Assembly: GCA_002189035.1 (NCBI GenBank)
Contig: NEEC01000012.1
Coordinates: forward strand, 1,860,001 to 1,924,000
DNA from: Utricularia gibba
Lineage: Eukaryota > Plantae > Magnoliophyta
Length of the DNA stretch: 64,000 nt
Direction of reading: 5' to 3'
Below, in pieces: positions 48,607-60,261 of the stretch. Made by a program: the position numbers and the translations under genes. Below the pieces are notes generated by a model, which did no database searches, had not been told where the DNA came from, and saw only the letters and a program-made list of their open reading frames with translations. Numbering within the stretch: the first letter of the stretch is position 1; each line of letters begins with the position of its first letter.

Positions 48607-51600
48607 GAGATAATTACTTATCACACCAACGGTTAGATAGAGAATTCCAAGATGTAGCCAACTTTGTACTTAGTGCTTCATTTTATTTACACATCATCAT
48701 TTTTTATTTAATTTTTAATTCAATTAATATTTTATATTTATATTTTACACGAAAATTAAAAAAAATAATATATTATATTTATTTCTTTTTATATTATATT
48801 ATAATCAATTTGATCATCACAATAATACATATGTAACATTGATATTTTCAGATTTTAACATTAAAATTCTAAAAAATTTTAAAATTAAAAAACGAAGCAA
48901 TAGTACACATGTGATACTGACATGTTCAGATTTTAACATTAAAATTGTAAAAAAGTTTGGTGTAATATTAAATTCATTTGTTTTTTTTCCAATTCAAAAT
49001 TCAAAAACGAAGTATATAATGAAATACGCATCTCATATCATCATTCTTTCTCCTTTTCTTCCTCTTACAATTTCAATGGCTTCCTCTTGAATTGAGATCC
49101 AATTGTAATGGGGAGGTAACTTGTTTTATGGAAACAATGGTGTGTGCTATGATTCAGCACCACGATTTTCTGCTTCGATTATTCGAGATACCTCAATATC
49201 CATGCTGCTGTCGTTGATTTATGAAGTTATGCAACTATCTTCAAGTGAGTATTCTATTACCATCATTGTGAATTATGTTGCTATGGATTCAACAATGGGT
49301 TTTCAGAGGTACTGACATCCTCTTGATCAAACGGATGTTAGTTTGTCTTTGATTTTTAATCAAAGTCGTATAGTTTCAAGTGTTGATATGTATATTAGTG
49401 CAACTCCAAGCTTCATGAATTTGATCATTCAACAACACACTGGTATGTAATTTTTTTTTCCAAATAACATTTATTATTATTAGTTTTATATTATATTTAG
49501 GATATGTTTTTTGAATTCATATGATTAATTTGTGCTAATGATATATTTTATGTTTTATTTCTAGTTAATGTTGGAGAAGCATCAACCAATCATAATAATC
49601 CATGCACTTTACCAACATATCACAATTCTTCATCACCAGAATCACCTTGTGATGAAAACATATTATGGGATTTGGATCATTTATGTGAGAAAGATGGTAC
49701 TGAGCAAGCTGAAAACGAAATGATGCAAGAAGTTATTCCATCTCCACTTTCTTCAAGTGATGATGATGATGAACAAATAGAAGTCAGGTTTTATGAAAGC
49801 GATGTGGCAATGGAAATTCCAACAGCATTTGAGTTTGAGAAGACTTTAAACTTCTATGATGGGACAAACGGTGATCCATGCAAGGGGGTTTTCTTCAAAG
49901 ATAAAACTTCAATGAAGGAAGCATTGAATTATTATTGTATCACGAAGCTGAAAATGCCTTTTCATGTTGAGAAGAGCAATAACAAGCAGTATGAGATAAA
50001 CTGTATCAACCGAAATGCAACACCTCCATGTGAATGGCGTGTTAGAGTATGGAATAGCAGTGTCACTCAGTTTTGGACTGTGACACAATATGAGGGGCCT
50101 CATACTTGCTTTTCTAACAGTTCCAAAACTATTAGAAATGATAGCATTACTAGCAAATTTGTGTGTCTTCATATCATGAACAAGGTTAAAGCAAATCCAT
50201 GGATGTGTGTTTCTGATGTGATTGATGATATTAATGAAGTTTATCATTTCAAGATATCATATAAGCTTGGATGGACTGCTATTAGGCGTGATATTATGCA
50301 TATGTATGGTACTTGGGAGGAATCGAAGACAAAGCTCCCTTCTTATTTGTTATCTATTAAGGAATCTAACCCAAATAATTCATTTTTATTATTTTACAAA
50401 TATTGATGTTTGTTTACTAACATATTTGTTTTTATCACAGATACTATATTTGAATATGAGAATCTTCGTTCCCATGATGGCAAGCAAATGCTACACCATA
50501 TATTTTGGGCTTTTGGATCATGCGTGCATGGTTTTAGGTATTGTCGTCCAGTTATTACTGTTGATGGAACACATCTATATGCAGGATATAGATATCACCT
50601 TCTAATAGGATGCACACTTGATTGTGACCGTACTATAATTCCACTTGCATTTGCTATTGTTGAGGAAGAATCTTATGAATTCTGCTATTGGTTTTTTAAC
50701 CTTTTAGTTAAGCATATCGTGAAAGGACATCGTATTCGTCTAGTAACTGACCGTGGTGCAGGATTATTATCTGCAATTAAGGATATACCTGCTTTCAATG
50801 AGCCTATGGGAGATTACAGATTTTGTATGCAACATCTACTTGCAAATTTCATATCCCATTTCAGGTCGAAACATTTGGTTGATTTATTTTGGGAAGTTGC
50901 CTTAGGTTCAAAAAAGAAAAGTTTCAGATAGCTATGGAGAAAATCAGAAATAAGAATGAGGCAGCATTTGAGTATCTCCATGAAATCGATCCAAAGCGAT
51001 GAACATTATCATATGATGATGGCATTAGGTAACTTGAAATGGTATAATTTTATTAATATTATTACTATGTTAACCTTATATTTCTTTTTTTGTAGATGTG
51101 GTGTGCATACCACAAGTATCTCTGAATTATTAAACAGTGTTTTACGTGGGGCACAAAGATTACTTCCAAAAGCTCTTGTTGATGCCACTTTCGAGAGATG
51201 TGTTAAGATTTTCACAAATAGTAAAGGGGTCAATTGCTTACTCCATATTCACTATCTGTTTATAGGAAATGTGATGACAAATCAACCAACTACAGGATCA
51301 AGAAATACAATGCAGAGAAAATGAGTGACACTGTGATGTCTCTGAGTAAAAATTCTAGAAAAAACAAATATTATTATATTATTTATTTGACAGATTTGAC
51401 ATGTACTTGTGGAGAGTGGCAGCAAAAAGTTATTCCATGTTCACATGCCATTCAGGTAAGAATTATCTTTTGATATATCATGTGATTTGTAATATCATAA
51501 CAATTGTTAACTTTATTCCTCTCTTAGGTGTACAAGGAATTCAATGAAGATACAAGTTATTATATTTCAAAATATTATCAAGTGAAGATCCTTGCGAAAA

Positions 51601-52142
51601 TATACAAAAGACAATTTAATCCACCAATTCCTGAGAGTGGATGAGGTGCATCTCCATTTGATCTTGTTCACAATCCAGCAATAAGATTGAATATCAGAGG
51701 TTGTGCTAGATCAACACAATTTTCAAGTAGTTTAACTCATATACATTCGAAGAGAAGATCAAGATTTAATTAATTTTAATTTTAGATATTTTCGAGAATG
51801 CGTTTTCGAGACTTTGGGATTTTAATTTGAATAATATTGCTTATGCATTTATTAAATATTTTATTGCATAATTTTTGCATATATTTAATTATTATGTTTT
51901 AATTTATTGATTAATATAAATATTGTAATATAACTATATTGTAATATATTATATTTAAATTTTTCAATATAAAATATGATTAAATATATATTTTTTTTTA
52001 GAAAAGTATATATTTATATGATTTTTTGTACAAAAATAAATAATAAATAATGATGTGGAAATGAAATGTACCATTATAAGACAAAGTTGGCTACATATTG
52101 AAATTCTTTCTCCAATTGTTGATGTGATAAGGAATTTGCCCC
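48607..52142 (+). mobile_element. Mutator-like (MULE/MuDR) element, degenerate, with diverged TIRs and 9-bp TSD
   Basis: Transposase pieces FRYCRPVITVDGTHLYAGY...PLAFAIVEEE...VTDRGAGL...RFCMQHLLANF and SWIM-like CTCGEWQQKVIPCSHA, with stops. TIRs about 100 bp at 48607-48710 and 52035-52142 share ttatcaca and atgtagccaactttgt. TSD cgattcaca (48598-48606) / cgattgaca (52143-52151). Confidence 0.9.
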
Positions 52143-53099
52143 CGATTGACATATGTTGGATACGGGATATGAGTGATAAATATTAATAAGTACATTAAAA
52201 AATGAAAATTTAAAATTGAAATTCAATATTCCACATCTCATTTAATATTTTTTTATTTTTTTATTTATATTAAAAATAATAAAAAAGATAATTACCTTTT
52301 ATATAAATAAAATATTTATTATATTATTTGTAATTTATCAACAAAATTATATTTCATTCGATATATATGTGTATATATATAGATGTAACAACTCAATCAA
52401 GGCAACCTAAGGAACTGTACTATGAATAACATTAGCAACACAAACATATTCTACAAAAACCAATAACTTCGAAAATACATGTGATTGTTTACTCCAGATA
52501 CAACGGACCTCAATTATAATGCTTCTCTAGGTAGCCTTAGGCACGAGTTAGCACTTGAGTCACAAGTCAAATTTGATGAGTCAGGATAATAAAGATAACC
52601 CGTCCAGTCACGAGTCAAAAAGTTATACATTTGACTCGACTCTTATCATGAGTTATTTGGAGTCGAATATTTAAAATACAAACACTGTATTTAATCTATT
52701 TAGTACTTGTCATAATTTGTGAAAAAAATAACATCACAATTTATACAGTACCATTTGTTTTCCACTCAGTGTTTTTCCATAATTTAAAAAAATCAGTAGC
52801 ACTATCTAGAATCACATATACACTAAACCGATGCTTGTCATAACTTGTGAGATATAACAATATTATACAACGCAATATTTGTGTTTCTTAATGCTTATCA
52901 TATATATATATATTAAAAAAATACAAGTTGACTTGGATAAAAAAATATATGATTCAGTACGAGTCAACTCAAGAGTTACTCGAATTAACTCGTACTAGGT
53001 AGTAGTGCCCATATGTAAAAAAGATGGATAATAAATTTTGTGGAGCCCAAGATTGGACACTTGTCTCCTAGAACTATTTTGTGTTTTGTGTGCCTCGTG

Positions 53100-54110
53100 A
53101 TCTGAAGGCATAGCTTGAAGAAAGTACAAAGTCTCTTCTGTGATCAACACCACGGCAGCATTGGCGCTTGGAGACATTTCTAAGAATTTAATGGGTCCTG
53201 TTACTCGTTCTTGCACCATAAATACATCACATTTGGTATAGAGCAATCTTTCTGTACCTGTGAGATGGAAGAATTGAAGGAAATGATAAAAGCTCTTCAC
53301 ACCCAAATGGAACCATGCATGACTGCTTTAGAGCAGCAATTGGAGTCTCATCGTTGGGAACCATCTGTGGAGAGCTCCAAAACTTTACTTTTTGTTGTTG
53401 TTTTTCTTGCAGAATTGCTTGTGAGAGTTCATCCTATTTTGCTATCACCAATCATGTGGGAAAACAACTCGAAATGGAGAAACATGATGCCCCTTACTAC
53501 TAGCAACCCAGAATCAACCAATTACGTGTATAAGTGCCCAAATATAATGCTGAATCCGACCCCTTAGGATGGTTAACAGATGCGAGCATGCATTCAAACA
53601 TCATAGCACACATGATGAGAACATGCACCGTATGTTCTCAAGTAGCAAGAGGGTTTAGCCCAAAACTGGTTTATATGGTTACAGAGGAATAATATCCCGG
53701 TTTGAAATGTAATGAGTTCAAAAGATTTTGAAATCTACACTTTGGTTGGTTCTTAGAATTGGGCATCAGTATGATCCATTTCGCAAATCCATTTAAGATA
53801 GGAAGCTTAGAAGACTACAACCATTGCTTCTGGGAAATGGCAGTCACGGTTCAAAACTATAGATGCCAAGACCTTGGCACTGTTACTACACAGCAAGAAC
53901 TGAACCTTCAAAAGAGTACGTAAAAATCAACATAAAAAGAGAAAAAGAACACTTGACTGTAAACTATCAGGGCAATCAGACTACCCAAATTGAAAACCAA
54001 ACCACGAAAAAAGGAGAATCAAATACCTACCATGGAAGGAATTCGAAGAACCAAAGGCCAAAAACCTTTGCTTGCATTATGATGAGAAATTCATCCTGAG
54101 GCACAAATGC
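53100..54110 (+). mobile_element. Degenerate Ty3/gypsy gag-region remnant in the spacer
   Basis: Visibly homologous but not identical to 59185-59895, and extends further 5' with a decayed MEELKEMIKALHTQME... frame. Confidence 0.5.
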
Positions 54111-54454
54111 ATGAACCTATTTTTATTTTAGAATTCATTCACAATGAATTCCAAGATGATGGGGTATTCGAGGTGCATATGTTTTTTTCGATGAAAAAGG
54201 CCTATTTCGATCAAGTAAACTTTTAGCACATGAATCAATTAATCAACCAGTTAACCGATGTAAACCAATTGATTCCCAGAACACTTCTGCTTCATCAAGA
54301 AAACAGCACATAAAAATCTTTCAGTCAACACATACTAATGCTTTCCATATTTATTTCAGAGAACTGAAACCATAAAAAGCCAGCATACTAATGCTTTCGT
54401 GGTTCATCGCAACAAATTGTTAACTTGACTTGGCGAAAAAATGGCAACCGCAGC

Positions 54455-54525
54455 TTAATTCTTGCCAGCAAGATCCTCTAAGGTAATATTCAAAGAATCA
54501 GCAGACACCTTCTTGACTGTCTCAC
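54455..54525 (-). pseudogene. Duplicated 3' tail of the DNL zinc-finger gene
   Basis: Encodes ETVKKVSADSLNITLEDLAGKN*, nearly identical to the end of the gene at 60262-60330. Its 3' flank (to about 54110) also matches 59900-60260. Confidence 0.85.
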
Positions 54526-54712
54526 CCATATCCCGTATCCAACATATGTGAATCGGGTGCATAACACACGACACGTTTCGAAGAAACTGATAATGCATTT
54601 GTGGTTACTGTCAACGCTGAACAAATCAAAGAATGTGTTGTTAGCTAGCTACAGGGGCAAATGGGGAAGGGATCCAGGAGAACAGGAAAGGGGATTTGTT
54701 TGTCCCTCAGAC

Positions 54713-56034
54713 TCAGGAGAAGGGGGACGGCAAGGCTGTGCAGTTGAGGGCGGCGAGGGTGGGCTGGATGAGGCTCTGCTCGATGCGGACGGCGATCTCC
54801 TGTGTGAAGTGGATGCCATCCCAAAACATGTGGTGTGCGGGGTCCGAGCACACGGGCACTCCTGCAGTCCCGCAGAACCTGTTGCTGCTGTAGTCGTACT
54901 CTCCTCCGATGCCGCAGCACGCCTTCAGGGCGGTGTCCGCGTGTCCCTCTGTAACACACGCCATAACCAGTCAAAAATGGGAACGGCGGGTGTATCTATG
55001 TATGCATGTACGTACCTTGATTCAATCTGTCGAGGACCTGCAAGAAGCCCTCGTCGAAGGCTCCGTAGATGAGGGTGACGTTGGGGAACTCCTGCCCCAA
55101 ACTGTTGATGCCTCGCCGGAGATAATTGTTCTTCAGGTTGATGAGTCTGTTGACGCTGTTGAGGCATCCCAAACGGTCGTACGCCGCGGGATCATCGGAG
55201 GGCATGGCGGAGAGGATGTAGGGGGAGCAGCCGAGGGGAGCACTTGCGGGGATGACGATGAGCCTGGCGCCCATGGTGATGAGCTCCTGCAAGGCAAGCG
55301 GGGGTTGGTATCAGTATGCTCTGAAGAACATGGAGGAGAGCTGGACAGAAATGAATTGGTTAGTTAGTTACCCTGGTGGCCTTGATTTGTTCTCTGGTGA
55401 TGGGGCCGATGTAGGACTGCGCTTCCTGGAGGGTTCTCCCTTGCGTCAAGGCGTATCCGATGTCATTTGCCTCGAGGTCCCCCAAGAGCACGAGCGAATT
55501 GGCCAGCCTGTTGGGGATGCAGTCGGCCGAGGATGAGCCGCACACCGACCGGAGGTGGGTTCTGAACCATTCGAGCTGGGTGGTGAGGGAAACTGCGTAG
55601 GGCGGGATCCGAATGCCCCGGCGAGAGAAGAACCCGTGGTCCATCACCGGACTCCTGGCGACCGAAAAGATGACGCCGTTGCTGGAATTGGACCTCTCCG
55701 ACAGGTAAGGAACGATCTCCGGGAACCCGAAGTCAAAGGCGGCGAAGTCAAAATCAACGAGGCCGTCGGACCATCGCCCGTTGGGGGTGCCGGGATAAGT
55801 CCGGCCGTAGGGGGCACGCGTGGCGGGCAATGATCTCCCCCATGGCTGGACAAGGACGGAGTTGCCGACGTCGGTGGCGCCGTCGCCGAAGTGGTAAAGA
55901 TAGGGAAACGGGCACACGGGGTTTGCAGGCAATTGATTACTACTACTGCTGCTGTTACCCGTCGTCTGGGAGGAAGCGAGAGCAAAGGCACTGGCGAGTG
56001 CCACGAGCAGCAAGAGCCGAGAGAGAGAGCCCAT
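54713..56034 (-). CDS. GDSL copy D: intact mirror of copy C
   Basis: ORF-track translations are identical to copy C (224-aa and 98-aa pieces and the last-exon piece), including GDG. Confidence 0.95.
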
Positions 56035-57690
56035 GAGGATGATGATGATGCTGTGTAAGGGAATGCCGAATGATGATGATGGTTTCTGGTCGCAGACAGC
56101 GCGCCTATTTATAGGCTGCCGGGAACGGAAAATGTCAACTTTTCCGTTTTCATTGGACCGCTGACTTTCTACTCCTCTCGTCGTGTTTTTCTTTGTCTTC
56201 AGCCCGCGTATGAATTTTATACGATGAGTGATTCAAACATTAATAAATACAAATCTCACCGCTGTCTTTTCCCCCCTTCTAAACAACGTGCATCTGCTTT
56301 TGAGCATTTTGTATCGGAACCATCGTCTCACATTTCTATTTCTAATTTTTTTAATTAAAAATAGATACTTTTATAAATATTATAAAAGCTCATGAATACT
56401 ATGGTCTTCAATGCTATAGTCTTCCAAATATCATGGCATTTATTTATGATTATAAATGATGGTACAGTAGAAAATCAAATAAACAATGGATTATTTTGAA
56501 GAATAATCATACTACAACATCAAAATTTTCAAATTTCACCATCTTTTAATATTTGTTTGAATAATAACTATCTTACATTAATAAATATGAGTTAAATTAA
56601 TAAAAATATGCATATATTGATAAAAATAACCAAAATACATTTACTTCATTTTTATATAAATCATGTAGTATTTTATATTTATATTCATTATTAGATAATG
56701 TTTATAAGAAAATAATAAAAAAGATTTTATCACTTAATAAAAATATTAAATATATATTTTAAAAATTGTTTACAAAACATATAAATGTATTTTTAAAAAC
56801 TGTATTTCAAAAATAATTGATTTTTAAGGTTTGAAAATATTTTTTAAAATAAATATTTATATGTGCTTCAATTTTTTATATTTATTTACAATTTTTCTAA
56901 GCTAAATTATTTTAAAATTTACTATATTCGATTTCGTTCAATCGCATTCAACGATATCTAATAACACTCTGTAAAGATATTATACCATAATATCTTATAG
57001 GGTACAACAGCATACTTAATAAACACGCGATAACTTTAAAATACATACAATGTTAAATCTGATAAATATCCCACGATATCCTGTGATAATTAATATTAAA
57101 AAAAATTTGAAAAATCATATTTAAAATAAATTAAAATAGTTATTATTTAAAATAACCCAATAAATGATCAGATACAGTACGTGGGCCTAGGGGAGAACTG
57201 GAGCACTGGGCAGAAGGGCGAATTGCCCATTTAGCCGCCCATGACTGGATGGGGAATTCTCGTCAACCACTAGGGTTGCCATTTGGGATGACATGGCCAT
57301 GGCATCATCCACTTTTATTTCCTAATTATTACACGAAATGATTTAATGAATAAATAAAAAATTAGATATATGCATGAGAAAAATGGTGATGTTCATTATT
57401 CATCTTTTACTAATTTTGTAGTGACGTCAGATACAGTAAAATAAGAATATTAGAAATTTAATATGGACTGAGTGCACGTGGCGTGCAGGGGTTAGGTGGT
57501 CTTTGAATGGAAGCCGTACGCGTGAGGAGCACACGACGCCGTATGTTGAATTCATCAACACGTAACTGTGAAATGGCCTTTGACATCTCCAATTCCATTC
57601 TCCGGCAGCCTATAAAGAGGCGCGCTCTCTGCGACCAGAGACCCATCATCATCATTCGGCATTCCCATACACAGCATCATCATCATCGTC

Positions 57691-59088
57691 ATGGGCTCCC
57701 TCTCTCGGCTCTTGCTGCTCGTCGCACTCGCCAGTGCCTGTGCTCTCGCTTCCTCCCAGACGACGGGTAACAGCAGCAGCAGCAGAAGTAGTAATCACTT
57801 GCCTTCAAACCCCGTGTGCCCGTTTCCCTACCTTTACCACTTCGGCGACGGCGCCACCGACGTCGGCAACTCCGTCCTTGTCCAGCCATGGGGGAGATCA
57901 TTGCCAGCCACGCGTGCCCCCTACGGCCGGACTTATCCCGGCACCCCCAACGGGCGATGGTCCGACGGCCTCGTTGATTTCGACTTCGCCGCCTTTGACT
58001 TCGGGTTCCCGGAGATCGTTCCTTACCTGTCGGAGAAGTCCAATTCCAGCAACGGCGTAATCTTTTCGGTCGCCAGGAGTCCGGTGATGGACCACGGGTT
58101 CTTCTCTCGCCGGGGCATTCGGATCCCGCCCTACGCAGTTTCCCTCACCACCCAGCTCGAATGGTTCAGAACCCACCTCCGGTCGGTGTGCGGCTCATCC
58201 TCGGCCGACTGCATCCCCAACAGGCTGGCCAATTCGCTCGTGCTCTTGGGGGACCTCGAGGCAAATGACATCGGATACGCCTTGACGCAAGGGAGGACCC
58301 TCCAGGAAGCACAGTCCTACATCGGCCCCATCACCAGAGAACAAATCAAGGCAACCAGGGTAACTAACTAATTCATCACTCCTTCAATTTATGTTGAAGT
58401 CTCCTGAAATCATACTGATACCAAACCCTGCTTGCCTTGCAGGAGCTCATCACCATGGGCGCCAGGCTCATCGTCATCCCCGCAAGCGCTCCCCTCGGCT
58501 GCTTCCCCTACATCCTCTCCGCCATGCCCTCCGATGATCCCGCGGCGTACGATCGTTTGGGATGCCTCAACAGCGTCAACAGGCTCATCAACCTGAAGAA
58601 CAATTATCTCCGGCGAGCCATCGACAATTTGGGGCAGGAGTTCCCCAACGTCACACTCATCTACGGAGCCTTCGACGAGGGCTTCTTGCAGGTCCTCGAC
58701 AGATTGAATCAAGGTACGTACATGCATTCATAGATACACCCGCCGTTCCCATTTTTGACTGGTTATGGCGTGTGTTGCAGAAGGACACGCGGACACCGCC
58801 CTGAAGGCGTGCTGCGGCATCGGAGGAGAGTACGACTACAGCAGCAACAGGTTCTGCGGGACTGCAGGAGTGCCCGTGTGCTCGGAACCCGCACACCACA
58901 TGTTTTGGGACGGCATCCACTTCACACAGGAGATCGCCGTCCGCATCGAGCAGAGCCTCATCCAGCCCACTCTCGCCGCCCTCAACTGCACAGCCTTGCC
59001 GTCCCCTTCTCCTGAGCCTGAGGGACAAATAAATCCCCTTTCCTCTTCTTCTGGATCCCTTCTCCATGGCACAGATTTGCCCATGTAG
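57691..59088 (+). CDS. GDSL copy E: mirror of copy B, exon 1 intact; C4 vs C5 at about 59003-59006 removes the normal stop and extends the C-terminus (possibly a consensus error)
   Basis: 226-aa first-exon ORF with YHFGDGATDVGN. The last exon ends PSPSPEPEGQINPLSSSSGSLLHGTDLPM* instead of PSPFS*. Confidence 0.9.
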
Positions 59089-60261
59089 CTAGCTAACAAC
59101 ACATTCTTTGATTTGTCACACTCTTACAGCAAGTGTAAGTTTTCCCATTGCTTTATACAATCGGAAAGATTTTACTACTGGAAACCCAGAATCAACCAAT
59201 TACGTCAATAAGTGCCCAAATATAATGGTGAATCCGACCCCTTAGGATGGCTTTACAGATGTGAGCATGCATTCAAACATCATAGCACAGATGATGAGAA
59301 CAACCACCGTGTGATCTAATGTATCAAGAGGGTTTAGCACAAAACTGGTTTATATGGTTACAGAGCAATAATCTCCCGGTTTGAAATGTCATGAGTTCAA
59401 AAGATTTTGAAATCTACAGTTTGGTTCTTAGAATTGGACATCCAATATGATGCATTTCGCAAAGCTATCTATAATAGGAAGCTTAGAACACTACAACCAT
59501 TGCTTCTGGGAAATGGCAGTCACAGTTCAAAGCTTGGATCCCATGAACAAAATGCGCATATACTTGAATGGATTACCCGATGACCTTAAGAATCAAGTTA
59601 CACTCTAGAATCCTTGCAACACTATAGATGCCACGAGCTTGGTGCTATTACTACACAGCAAGAACGGAACCTTCAAAGGAGTAGGCAAAATCAACATAAA
59701 TAGAGAAAAAGAACACTTGAATGTAAACCATCAGGACAATGAGACTACCCAAATAGAAAACCAAACTACAAAAAAAGGAGAATCTCATATCAATGACCCT
59801 AAAACAGCTACCACGGAAGGAATTCGAAGAACCAAAGGCCAAAAACCTTTGCTTGCATTATGATGAGAAATTCATCCCAAGGCACAAATGCAAGATACTA
59901 TTTTTTTCAGAATTCATTGACAATGAATTCCAAGGCGATAGGGAGGCCGAGGGGCATTTGTTTTTCAATGAAAAAGGCCTATTTCGATCAAGTAAACCGT
60001 TAACACATAAATCAATTAATCAAACCAGTTAACCGATGTAAACCAATCGATTCCAAGAACACTTCTGCTTCAACAAGAAAACAGCACATACAAATCTTAC
60101 AGTCAACACATACTAATGCTTTCCATATTTATTTCAGAGAACTGAAACCAAGAAAAAAAAAAGCCAGCATTTGACTGCAGGATCAAGAAAGCCTTATCTC
60201 ATGCTCGTCGTTCATTGCAAGAAACTGTTAACGTGGCTCGGCCAAAAATGGCCACCACAGC

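Larger units (their letters stand above)
54547..59898. repeat. Right arm of the 5,352-bp inverted repeat (GDSL D + intergenic + GDSL E + gypsy remnant)
   Basis: Reverse complement of 43255-48606. Confidence 0.96.

Noticed and set aside
52540-53000. GAGTC/GACTC repeats and a small hairpin followed by CTAG (possible Helitron end or hAT subterminal repeats)
   Set aside because: The hairpin-to-CTAG spacing is atypical, and I found no matching 5' TC end or TIR pair.
44138-59088. Horizontal transfer of the GC-rich GDSL gene from a grass
   Set aside because: The protein is colinear with the asterid AAE clade as I recall it, and other short genes in the window are also GC-rich. Nothing in the sequence supports HGT without a phylogeny.
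37689-59102. Many 60-180 aa ORFs overlapping the GDSL copies on the opposite strand or in other frames (for example MGSEPFELGG..., MTGYGVC..., MNRVHNTRH...)
   Set aside because: Shadow ORFs of GC-rich coding sequence. They recur only because the gene is duplicated and show no recognisable domains.
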